This document shows, in pieces, positions 45,641 through 54,482 of a stretch of 56,056 nt of DNA (the first letter of the stretch is position 1; each line of letters starts with the position of its first letter). The notes under the pieces are model-generated. The model was not told the DNA's origin. It searched no databases and saw only the letters and a program-made list of their open reading frames with translations. The DNA comes from Candidatus Subterrananammoxibius californiae. GTDB lineage: Bacteria > Planctomycetota > Brocadiia > Brocadiales > Subterrananammoxibiaceae. The position numbers were made by a program, and so were the translations under genes. The stretch is from contig JAURAC010000022.1 in NCBI GenBank assembly GCA_030586555.1, positions 1 through 56,056 of the forward strand, in the 5' to 3' direction.

Positions 45641-48600
45641 TTAATCCGCCCTTTTGGCAACCGCTGGTTTGCTATTAACAACGAACGTTTTACTGGTGAC
45701 AAGACCTAAATCATCGCGTGCAACCACCGTAATTATATTTGGCCCGTCTTTTAATGGAAGTTCTGAGACAAATGGAAGGCGTGAGGATGAAAAGGTTGGC
45801 ACGGTCCCCTGAGCCTGCTTTTCATTCTTATCCGAACTGTTGGGTTTGAAAAATACCTTATCATTATCCACAAGGATATACACATGTTTAACGTATTTAT
45901 CGTCCTTAACAACCCCGGACAGCGATATCTTTTCCAGCCCTAACAAAGACGCTGAAGCTGGTTGCGTTAATTCTATGGTGGGTGGTACCCGCTGGAGTGT
46001 CAATTCTACTGCCTCTTGTTGTGTTTTATCAGACTCATTAATTTCAACATCATAAGCGGAGACCCATCCATACCTGTCAGAGGGTAAGTTTATTCTGAAC
46101 CAGCCAGGAATCGAGCCGTTGGTCGTTAATGTTGTTCCCCCCTTTGCTATCCCTAATGCAGGCGAATTCTGAGAGCTTGAGCTGTATACAGAAATGGTCT
46201 CCCCCTTTACCCTTAAGTATTTGGGAATCTTAACCGTCTCCAGTGTGCAGCCATTTTCTTCAACAGGGAATGTGACCTTATCGGAAAGAAATGTGCCAAA
46301 TATTGTGTCAGTTATCACAATATTCATACTAAATTCATTAACAGGCAGGGACCCTTTGACGGTGAATCGAAGGGTTACAATCTTAGAATCTCCCGGTAGT
46401 AATTCTCCAAGCTCAGCTTTACCCAGTTCAACAAAGACGTCCTTGTGGCTCACATCCCGTAATGTGGCAATATTTTTTGTTGATTTTCCTTCCCCGACAT
46501 TCTTTATAAGCAAAAGAAGCTCAACACCCTCACCTTTCTGGATTAAACCGTCGTTGTTGCCTCTGTGACCATTGAAACCATTATCCAAAACTTGATAAGA
46601 GTAGGCAAATTGTGGCCTCGGCAACGCCTCGGTTATAATAGTTCCCGATATTTCTCCTGGTATGTACCCATTTAGCTCGTTAAATTTAATCGTAACATCA
46701 TCTTTCCTGTCAAAAGCGCCTTGTGGCAACTCTACAGGAGTAGTGTATGACCTTGATTGTCCTTTTTCAATCTTTCCAAATATGAACTCAAGCTTATCAA
46801 AGAGTGGGTTCTTGCACTCTGTTGTTGCCCATAATTTGTGAAGAGGTCCATCCCCTTTATTTGTAACCTCAACTGTCAGGGCAACCTTATCGCCCGCTTT
46901 TACCTTTTCATTAGACTCATCGAGAATCAACCTTGCTATTGGCTTTGGAACACCCGAAGTTGTTTCCTCCGACCCAGGTCTTTCAGACTCGGGTGCCCGC
47001 CAATCTATGCCCTGAGCGATTAGCGCTTTCTCAATCTCAACCTCGTTAGCCTTCTTTACATCTTCGAGTAACTCCTTAGAGTGCTCTAAGACTTCGAATC
47101 TGTTCCAAAAGGAGGTGCTGGAAACCAATTTTTTTGCGAATTGTACAGGGAAATCCTTTGATAAATCGGGGACCTTATATGTATCCTCTTGTTCTTCTTG
47201 TCCGCCTGAGGTGGATTTTTCCTTGACTTCATAAAGGTACTTTATTGTCTCAGAAGGGGTTTCTGTTTCCGATTCTTCTCCGAAATGCTGTTTTAAATCA
47301 ACTTCTCTCAGGGCTAAGCTTCCTTTAAAAAGGTTAATATCGTCCTTTTTAACTATTACAGGAAAGAGTTCAATGTCTGGCGTTATACCAACGGACTGTA
47401 TGTCCGTCCCAAGTGGCGTCAGGTACTTTGCAACGGTAAGCTTGAGCGCCGAACCGTCCATCAAATCTATTAGCTGCTGCACTGTGCCTTTACCAAAACT
47501 CTTATCCCCGATAAGTACAGCCCTGTTATTTTCCTTAAGCGCACCGGCAACTATTTCTGCACCAGAAGCACTGCCAGCATCAATAATTACTACAATTGGA
47601 TATTCAGGTTCATCTGTTTCAAGTTGCTGCGCCATCGTAATTTCTCTTTGCCTTTTGCCTGAGCCAACCGTTATAACAATGCCTCCCGAACTGAGGAACT
47701 TGTCAGCCACTTCTACAGCCTGGTCAAGCAATCCGCCAGAGTTATTGCGCAGGTCTATGATAAGCCCTTTAATGCTTCCATTAGCTATTTTTAAGCGTTT
47801 AAGATGTTTATCTAAATCCCTTGATGTATCATCCTGAAAGCTTCGAATCTTTAAGTACCCTATTCCATCCTCCAGCGCCTTAGAATCTACGCTTGGTATT
47901 GCAATAATCTCCCGCTTAAGGATAATGGTTTGAGGCTCCGTCCATTTATCACGAAGCACAGAAAGACTAACGCTTGAGCCCGGCTCTCCTCTGAGTTTAT
48001 TCACAGCCTCAAAGAGCGTCATATTTACGGTTGATTCGCCATCTATTTCAAGAATTTTGTCTCCAGCCTTCATACCTGCCTTGTATGCTGGAGTTCCCTC
48101 GATTGGCGAAATTACGGTCAGGCTCAACTCCCTTACGCCAACGACCATGCCAAGGCCGCCAAATCTACCTGACGTCCCTATCTTGAACTCTTCATAATCC
48201 TTTGGTGGGAAGAGAACAGTATGGGGGTCAAGTTGGGAAAGCATGCCGTTGGTGGCGGTGTATTCAATATCATTGGTACGTATCAAATCATCCTGTAGGT
48301 TTGCCTGTATGAATCCCAGAACATCTTTAAGTATCATCGCCGCATCATCTAAGCTGTACACTTCTGAAATATCAAAGGTCTTTTCTTTATCATCCACGAT
48401 TACAAGAGCCTTATCAGAGGATGGAGAAAAGTCAACCATTATCTCCGGAACAAATCTTTCCAACCACGAAAGGCCCTCTTTTAGCATTTCAATGGGATGA
48501 ATCCTTTCGGGGTCCACGTAAAACCTCTCTAAATAGGAGCAAGCAACGCCTGGTAAACGATGCTTCTGAAGACTGCTTTCTGAAGGCCATTCAAGATACA

Positions 48601-48706
48601 GCCCTCTACAAGCAATGTTATAACTGAATACTGCTATGTCAAGGATGAGGACAAAAAAACATATCAACTTTAGAGGTCGAATTTTTAGGGTTAGTTTCCT
48701 TAGCAT
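45641..48706 (-). CDS. S41 C-terminal processing protease with a long C-terminal extension (Ig-like/SH3-like domains)
   Basis: LDPHT, PDZ (GLGMVV), IDLRNNSGG, SASGAEIV, FGKGTVQ motifs. Confidence 0.9.
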   Translation of the reverse strand: MLRKLTLKIRPLKLICFFVLILDIAVFSYNIACRGLYLEWPSESSLQKHRLPGVACSYLERFYVDPERIHPIEMLKEGLSWLERFVPEIMVDFSPSSDKALVIVDDKEKTFDISEVYSLDDAAMILKDVLGFIQANLQDDLIRTNDIEYTATNGMLSQLDPHTVLFPPKDYEEFKIGTSGRFGGLGMVVGVRELSLTVISPIEGTPAYKAGMKAGDKILEIDGESTVNMTLFEAVNKLRGEPGSSVSLSVLRDKWTEPQTIILKREIIAIPSVDSKALEDGIGYLKIRSFQDDTSRDLDKHLKRLKIANGSIKGLIIDLRNNSGGLLDQAVEVADKFLSSGGIVITVGSGKRQREITMAQQLETDEPEYPIVVIIDAGSASGAEIVAGALKENNRAVLIGDKSFGKGTVQQLIDLMDGSALKLTVAKYLTPLGTDIQSVGITPDIELFPVIVKKDDINLFKGSLALREVDLKQHFGEESETETPSETIKYLYEVKEKSTSGGQEEQEDTYKVPDLSKDFPVQFAKKLVSSTSFWNRFEVLEHSKELLEDVKKANEVEIEKALIAQGIDWRAPESERPGSEETTSGVPKPIARLILDESNEKVKAGDKVALTVEVTNKGDGPLHKLWATTECKNPLFDKLEFIFGKIEKGQSRSYTTPVELPQGAFDRKDDVTIKFNELNGYIPGEISGTIITEALPRPQFAYSYQVLDNGFNGHRGNNDGLIQKGEGVELLLLIKNVGEGKSTKNIATLRDVSHKDVFVELGKAELGELLPGDSKIVTLRFTVKGSLPVNEFSMNIVITDTIFGTFLSDKVTFPVEENGCTLETVKIPKYLRVKGETISVYSSSSQNSPALGIAKGGTTLTTNGSIPGWFRINLPSDRYGWVSAYDVEINESDKTQQEAVELTLQRVPPTIELTQPASASLLGLEKISLSGVVKDDKYVKHVYILVDNDKVFFKPNSSDKNEKQAQGTVPTFSSSRLPFVSELPLKDGPNIITVVARDDLGLVTSKTFVVNSKPAVAKRAD

Positions 48707-48815
48707 GGTTAATTTCTTCCTTTAGATTCGTTTTCCGGACTACTTATATTTATTTAATCAAAACCTTTTCCTGTATTTTAGGCTTAATATCGTGTGGAGT
48801 CAAGAAAAACTTGTA

Positions 48816-48867
48816 TTGAAATAGGGACACATCCCATTTGTGCAAATGGGATGTGTCCCTATTTCAA
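48816..48867. repeat. Perfect 25-bp-arm palindrome containing the modC stop
   Basis: ttgaaatagggacacatcccatttg-tg-caaatgggatgtgtccctatttcaa. Confidence 0.9.
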
Positions 48868-49992
48868 GCAGGGAATAACGTGCACTGAGGTGGCTTTAAC
48901 GGAGGCGATGATTTCTCTGCCTTCATGTAATGAGAGTTCCTGAGAGGCTTGTTTTGTAACAATGGCAGTAAGAAAAAAAGAGGGAAGGTGGTTTGTACCT
49001 ACCGAGATTAAGACACGAACTACAGGCCCTTCCAAATTCATACTTACTACTTTTCCTCTAAGATGATTCCTGGGGCTACTCCTGGTGGCTTGCCCGCCTG
49101 AGCCGGGCTGTTCAAGAAAAACATCCTCCGCACGAATGCAGACAAAACCAGCTTCTCTTACATTGCCAGGGTCTAAAGCTACAATACGTGTATTAGCAGC
49201 CTCAACGGTGATCAACCCTTCTGACACTTCAACAACCCTTCCATGCACAACCGTCTCCATTCCCACCACCCTCGCAGCGAGCGTGTTTATCGGTCTGCTA
49301 AAAACCTCAGACACAGGTCCAGTTTGTAAGACCTGTCCATCTGCCATTACCACTATGCGGTTTCCCAGGGAGATAGCCTCAACTCTGTCGTGTGTTACAA
49401 GGATGATAGGAATGCCAGAGTCTTTCAGGAGGCTTTTTAGCTCGCCTCGCAATTGTTCCCGTGTAGGTGTATCTAAGGCAGTAAGAGGCTCGTCCAGAAG
49501 CAAAAGGCGTGGGCGTCTAATAAGCGTCCGAGCAATAGCCACCCTCTGCTTCTCACCGCCTGAGAGTTGTCCCGGATAGCGATTTTCGATACCCTTTAGA
49601 TGAAAGAGTTCCAACAAGTCCTCAAGTAGGGGCGAACGGTCGCTCGCCCCTACATCCGTGCTTGAGATTCTTTTTAGATTATAAGTAACATTTTCCCTTA
49701 CTGTTAGATGTGGAAACAAGGCATAGTCTTGAAAGACATAGCCAATGGAACGTCTTTGTGGAGAAATGAAAATCCTTTTCTGCGCATCAAACCACGTCTC
49801 ATGGCCAAAATAGATGTACCCCTTTTCTGGCTTTTCAAGCCCTGCCAGACACCGTAAGACCGTGCTTTTCCCTGCGCCTGAAGGACCAAAAAGCACCGTC
49901 CATGAGGCATCCAGCGGAAGGCGCAAATTTGCCTTGATAACATGTCCCGAGGGGAAGGTTTTTTCGATATCAATTAAAATCTCTGTGGCCAT
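48859..49992 (-). CDS. modC: Molybdate ABC transporter ATPase
   Basis: GPSGAGKS, LSGGEKQR, LLLDEP and TOBE domains. Confidence 0.9.
   Translation of the reverse strand: MATEILIDIEKTFPSGHVIKANLRLPLDASWTVLFGPSGAGKSTVLRCLAGLEKPEKGYIYFGHETWFDAQKRIFISPQRRSIGYVFQDYALFPHLTVRENVTYNLKRISSTDVGASDRSPLLEDLLELFHLKGIENRYPGQLSGGEKQRVAIARTLIRRPRLLLLDEPLTALDTPTREQLRGELKSLLKDSGIPIILVTHDRVEAISLGNRIVVMADGQVLQTGPVSEVFSRPINTLAARVVGMETVVHGRVVEVSEGLITVEAANTRIVALDPGNVREAGFVCIRAEDVFLEQPGSGGQATRSSPRNHLRGKVVSMNLEGPVVRVLISVGTNHLPSFFLTAIVTKQASQELSLHEGREIIASVKATSVHVIPCLK
49626..49653. repeat. GTAGGGGC-family hairpin, in-frame in modC
   Basis: gtaggggcgaacggtcgctcgcccctac encodes VGASDRSPL. Confidence 0.88.
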
Positions 49993-50654
49993 ACCGACCA
50001 AACCTTTCTGTTTAACGCATAAACAATCGCCAGTACAAGAAAAGAAATAATAAGCAGAAATATGGACGTCCTTCCTGCCGCTCCGTAGTTTAATGCCTGA
50101 ACATTGTCGTAGATATCAATGGAGACGGTACGCGTAACACCCGGAATGTTTCCGCCAACTAACAGCACCACTCCAAACTCCCCCAGGGTGTGGGCAAAGG
50201 ATAGTATCATACCTGTAATGATGCCGAACAGCGAGAGCGGTAGGATAATCGTAAAAAGCGTCTTTATACGAGATGCCCCTAACGTCCATGCTGCCTCAAG
50301 TAGTTTTTTATCAACACTTGCAAAGGAAGAAACAAATGGCTGTACGGCAAATGGAAGGCTGTAGAGAACAGAAGCAATCAAAAGCCCCTGGATTGAAAAT
50401 GGAAGTTGACTCCCCGTAATATCTTTCCAGAGATGACCGATTGGGCTTTTGGGCCCTATAGCCACAAGGATGTAAAACCCCAATACCGTTGGAGGAAGCA
50501 CCAGCGGAAGAGCCACTACTGCTTCTATCAGGAACTTCCATCGCCGATGTGTGAAGGTGAGCCAGTAAGCGATAGGAATTCCAATGGCAAATAAAATCAA
50601 CGATGTAAAGGTTGATAGCTTAGCCGATAGTAAGATTGATTCCCAATTCATCAT
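49974..50654 (-). CDS. modB: Molybdate ABC transporter permease
   Basis: LPLVLPPTVLGFY, EAAWTLGA, FAHTLGEFG. Confidence 0.92.
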   Translation of the reverse strand: MMNWESILLSAKLSTFTSLILFAIGIPIAYWLTFTHRRWKFLIEAVVALPLVLPPTVLGFYILVAIGPKSPIGHLWKDITGSQLPFSIQGLLIASVLYSLPFAVQPFVSSFASVDKKLLEAAWTLGASRIKTLFTIILPLSLFGIITGMILSFAHTLGEFGVVLLVGGNIPGVTRTVSIDIYDNVQALNYGAAGRTSIFLLIISFLVLAIVYALNRKVWSVWPQRF

Positions 50655-50673
50655 TACTCCAGTGCGGAATGCA

Positions 50674-50722
50674 CCCCCACCCTCCTCTCCCCCATCGAGG
50701 GGGAGGGTTAGAGAGAGGGGGG
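50674..50722. repeat. CCCTCTCCC-type palindrome between modA and modB
   Basis: cccccaccctcctctcccccatcgagggggagggttagagagaggggg. Contains the modA stop and is related to the cobK insert. Confidence 0.8.
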
Positions 50723-51505
50723 CGCAATCAAAAATCCCCATTTGGCAAGTATTTTCTTTCCTTCAGAACTGCTAAAAAAATCAGTAAATATCCTTGCCGC
50801 ATCATGGTTATTTCCATTCCTTAAGATGACATAACCCTGTTCCATCAATGGATAAGAATCAGGAGGTATTTCCCAATATCTGCCCGCCGTCTGCATAGAT
50901 GGTGAAAGGGCTACGGACAGGGCAATAATCCCGATATCGGCGGCGCCTGATTGAACAAACTGGGCAGTCTGGGAAATATTTTCACCAAAGACAAACTTGC
51001 CCTTTACCCTTTCATATACCCCCAGGTTTTGCATTGCGGCGATTGCCACCCTTCCATAGGGTGCATGCTGGGGATTGGCAATGGCAATTTTCCTAATTGA
51101 TGGATGGGTAAGGACATTAATCCCAGAGTTTTCTATATCTATAATAGAATCTTTAGGAACCCAGAGCACAAGTTTACCTATAGCATAAAGTGTCTTTGAC
51201 CCCGGCAAAACCAACCCGTCTTTTTCAAGTAGTTCTGGATATTGGATATCTGCAGAAAAGAATACGTCGAACGGTGCACCGTTACTAATCTGGGCAAAAA
51301 GGGTTCCAGATGAGCCATAGGAGACCTTCACCTTAACCTCTTTTTGGTTTGCCTCGAAGGCTTTTACTATATCATTCATGGCAAAATTGAGGTCTGAGGC
51401 AGCAGCCACTAAAATCTCTTTGCTCTGGGCATAGCCCACCTTAGGCTGAGAAATGCCTAAATAGAAAATTAGAAACAGAAAATTAAAGATTAAAACCTTG
51501 TACAT
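50708..51505 (-). CDS. modA: Molybdate-binding periplasmic protein
   Basis: VAAASDL, GSSG...GAPFDVFFSA, ANPQHAPYG. Confidence 0.92.
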   Translation of the reverse strand: MYKVLIFNFLFLIFYLGISQPKVGYAQSKEILVAAASDLNFAMNDIVKAFEANQKEVKVKVSYGSSGTLFAQISNGAPFDVFFSADIQYPELLEKDGLVLPGSKTLYAIGKLVLWVPKDSIIDIENSGINVLTHPSIRKIAIANPQHAPYGRVAIAAMQNLGVYERVKGKFVFGENISQTAQFVQSGAADIGIIALSVALSPSMQTAGRYWEIPPDSYPLMEQGYVILRNGNNHDAARIFTDFFSSSEGKKILAKWGFLIAPPSL

Positions 51506-51566
51506 TTTAATTCCTGAACCTGTCAGGAACAGGTTTTGAATTTTTCATTTAGACTTTTCTACTTAA

Positions 51567-51911
51567 TTACTTTTCCAAAAGAGTGAGCGACAAGCTCTCG
51601 AGGTAACAATTAAACTCATCGTAAATCTCCCAGAAAGTGGTAATAGCCTTTTCTCCCGCTGGCGTAAGAAATGCTCCGCCCCCGCCCTTCCCACCTGTTG
51701 CAGTTTCCACGAGTGGAGCGCATGCTTGACGATTCATAGATTCAACCAGCTCCCAGGCATGCCTGTAGGACATCCTCATTGATTTAGCCGCTCTTGTAAT
51801 AGAACCGTATTCCTTTATCCTCTCAAGAAGCACTATTCGCCCATACCCTAAGAAGGTTTCTTCCCCCTTAGCTATCCACATTCGACCTTCGACGTTGTAC
51901 TTGACAGGCAT
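51567..51911 (-). CDS. modE: ModE-type winged-helix regulator (DNA-binding domain only)
   Basis: GRIVLLERIKEYGSITRAAKSMRMSYRHAW...GGKGGGGAFLT. Confidence 0.88.
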   Translation of the reverse strand: MPVKYNVEGRMWIAKGEETFLGYGRIVLLERIKEYGSITRAAKSMRMSYRHAWELVESMNRQACAPLVETATGGKGGGGAFLTPAGEKAITTFWEIYDEFNCYLESLSLTLLEK

Positions 51912-51944
51912 AGGTTATACTCAAAAAGTTAAGTAACTATTTAG

Positions 51945-51976
51945 CGTAATATATAGTAGGGAATAACGAAAGTCAA
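51945..51976 (-). promoter_or_regulatory. ModE box overlapping the modE promoter
   Basis: CGTAATATA-N6-GGAATAACG versus consensus CGTTATATA-N6-TATATAACG. Minus-strand TTGACT-17nt-TATATT. Confidence 0.65.
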
Positions 51977-52057
51977 ATAAAAAACTCGTGTACCTGCTAC
52001 GATAATGTGAGGAGAACAAGGAAAGGGAGATTGAGAATTTGGTAGCCAATGAACTTG

Positions 52058-52087
52058 AATCAACGAGGTAAAACCTCGTTGTCTACC
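52058..52087 (-). repeat. GGTAGACAAC-family hairpin
   Basis: atcaacgaggtaaaacctcgttgtctacc. Confidence 0.85.
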
Positions 52088-52144
52088 ATTCAAACAAAAG
52101 GTGTTGACCTTTGTGGATAAATTGTGTATTATTATCATTGTTGT

Positions 52145-52159
52145 AATTGAGACTCAATT
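52145..52159. promoter_or_regulatory. 7-1-7 palindrome, putative Fur-type iron operator
   Basis: AATTGAG-a-CTCAATT, just upstream of the feoB ATG at 52182. Confidence 0.55.
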
Positions 52160-52181
52160 TCTACGTTTATCCTTTAAATCT

Positions 52182-54482
52182 ATGAAAAAAACTTTGTTAC
52201 CAAAAACAGATTTTCGAATTGCACTGGTGGGTAACCCCAATGTGGGTAAAAGCGTGCTATTTGGTTTACTCACAGGGAAATATGCCATTGTGTCAAATTA
52301 TCCCGGCACCACGGTCGAGGTCTCGAAAGGGATTTGCAGCGGGGCTAATGGGACTACGGAGGTCGTAGATACGCCCGGAGCAAATAGCCTGATACCTCGT
52401 TCCGAGGACGAACGTGTAGCACGAGACATACTCCTCGAAGAGGGAGACAAGAAGGTTATCCAGGTGGTTGATGCAAAGAACCTGCGAAGGGGATTATTGC
52501 TCACATCTCAGCTTGCGGAAATGGGGCTCCCTGTCGTTCTGGATTTAAATATGTGGGACGAGTCCCTTGACCGCGGCATAACGATTAACACCGATGCGCT
52601 TCAAAAGGCAATCGGGACGCCTGTTATTAAGACGGTTGCCACCGAGAAACGCGGGATAAACACACTTATAAATTCCGTCTCTCTTGCCACGCCGCCTCGC
52701 ATGGAGATAAATTACGGGGCAGAGATTGAGAACGCTGTTGCAGAGATTGAGCGGATACTGCCTGAGAAAACTACCGTAACAAGACGTGCCCTTGCCCTGA
52801 TGCTGCTCTCTGAGGACGAGGCGCTCGAAAACAGGCTCAAGAAGGAAATAGATAATAATGCCTTCGTCGGGCTGCTTAAAATCAAGGACACGCTCCAGGA
52901 GAGGTTCGGCGAGCCGTTAAGCTATATAATAAGCAAGAAGCGTTCGGGATTCGTAGACAACCTCATTTCTGCGGTTGTTGGTTCTCCAGCCCGGAAGGCA
53001 GAATCAAGCCTTGCCTTGCGACGGATATTTTTCCTTGTTATTATGCCTCTTGTATCGTTCTTTATTGCATACAAAATAATGGATATGACATTATTCTTTA
53101 CATTCCGATTCCTTAACATATCAGAAAATGCGGCATTGGTTCTAAAATTGGCTGCCGGCGTGGTTTCGATAGCCCTTTTCTCAATCCACCTGTATTTAAA
53201 AGACCTTAAGACTAAAAGGACCATTGCCGAAATATTGGGTCGTTTAACAATGCACCCTGTTGCCGCCTTCCCTATACTACTCATAGCGTTATGGGTTATT
53301 TATAAGATAGTTGGGGAGTTTGGCGCCGGGGACTGTGTTGATTTTCTTGAGGAAAAGATATTCGGCAGTTCCGTAGAACCATCGGGAGGATTTAACCTCT
53401 CCATCTTTTTGCCATTTACAAATCTAAAATACACGATAACACACCTAAACTTTCAGGGATTAAACTACTATCTTGCCCTGCTTGCTGAAAAGGTTTTAGA
53501 CAGAAATAACTTTATATTCGAGCTGTTCCTTGATGAGCATGCTGGATTAATCCGCGTTGGGCTTACATACGCCGTGGCGATTGTCTTTCCAATAGTCGGA
53601 TTTTTCTTTCTTGCCTTCGGGATAATGGAGGATAGCGGGTACCTGCCCCGATTGGCAGTTATGGTTGATAAGGTCTTTAAGAAGATTGGGCTCAACGGGA
53701 AAGCCGTCCTGCCCATGGTCCTTGGGCTTGGGTGTGACACGATGGCAACACTAACAACCAGAATCCTCAACACAAGGAAGGAACGCATTATAGCCACGCT
53801 TCTTCTGGCGCTGGCAATACCCTGCTCCGCCCAACTCGGTGTTATCTCAGGCATACTGGGCAGAATTTCAGGGTCATACTTCGCCATCTACGTGTTTGTA
53901 ATAGGCTCACAATTATTATTAGTAGGCTACCTTGCATCAAAGATACTACCGGGAGAGCCATCAGATTTTCTTATGGAGATTCCACCGTTCAGGATGCCGA
54001 AACTAACGAACATCCTCATTAAGACCGCTTACAGGGTAAAATGGTTTCTTAAGGAAGCTGTACCCCTATTTATCCTTGGCACATTTGGACTTTTTATATT
54101 CAGCAAACTTGGCATCCTGAAACTGCTTGAGAAAGCAGGCGAACCAATCGTGCAAGCCTGGCTGGGGCTTCCACCAGAAACCACCGAGGGGTTTATCCTG
54201 GGATTCTTGCGGAGGGACTACGGCGCCGTCAGCATATTTAAGGCACTGGAGGCAAAAGCAAGTTCGAGGGACTTGCTTTCGCCGTCTGGCTCAGGCGGTA
54301 TTGACCCTTCGCAACTCTTAGTTGCCCTCGTGGTCATTACGCTCTTTGTTCCCTGTCTTGCGAACTTCCTTGTTATGATTAAGGAGCAGGGGGCGAAGAA
54401 CGCCTTTTTAATGGTTTCTTTCATAATTCCCTTTGCTTTTCTTGTAGGCGGGGTGTTAAGATTGATTATACAATTGTGGTAG
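52182..54482 (+). CDS. feoB: Ferrous iron transporter B
   Basis: GNPNVGKS, NYPGTTV, DTPG, NMWD, EDSGYLPR, GLGC, IPCSAQ. Confidence 0.93.
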   Translation: MKKTLLPKTDFRIALVGNPNVGKSVLFGLLTGKYAIVSNYPGTTVEVSKGICSGANGTTEVVDTPGANSLIPRSEDERVARDILLEEGDKKVIQVVDAKNLRRGLLLTSQLAEMGLPVVLDLNMWDESLDRGITINTDALQKAIGTPVIKTVATEKRGINTLINSVSLATPPRMEINYGAEIENAVAEIERILPEKTTVTRRALALMLLSEDEALENRLKKEIDNNAFVGLLKIKDTLQERFGEPLSYIISKKRSGFVDNLISAVVGSPARKAESSLALRRIFFLVIMPLVSFFIAYKIMDMTLFFTFRFLNISENAALVLKLAAGVVSIALFSIHLYLKDLKTKRTIAEILGRLTMHPVAAFPILLIALWVIYKIVGEFGAGDCVDFLEEKIFGSSVEPSGGFNLSIFLPFTNLKYTITHLNFQGLNYYLALLAEKVLDRNNFIFELFLDEHAGLIRVGLTYAVAIVFPIVGFFFLAFGIMEDSGYLPRLAVMVDKVFKKIGLNGKAVLPMVLGLGCDTMATLTTRILNTRKERIIATLLLALAIPCSAQLGVISGILGRISGSYFAIYVFVIGSQLLLVGYLASKILPGEPSDFLMEIPPFRMPKLTNILIKTAYRVKWFLKEAVPLFILGTFGLFIFSKLGILKLLEKAGEPIVQAWLGLPPETTEGFILGFLRRDYGAVSIFKALEAKASSRDLLSPSGSGGIDPSQLLVALVVITLFVPCLANFLVMIKEQGAKNAFLMVSFIIPFAFLVGGVLRLIIQLW

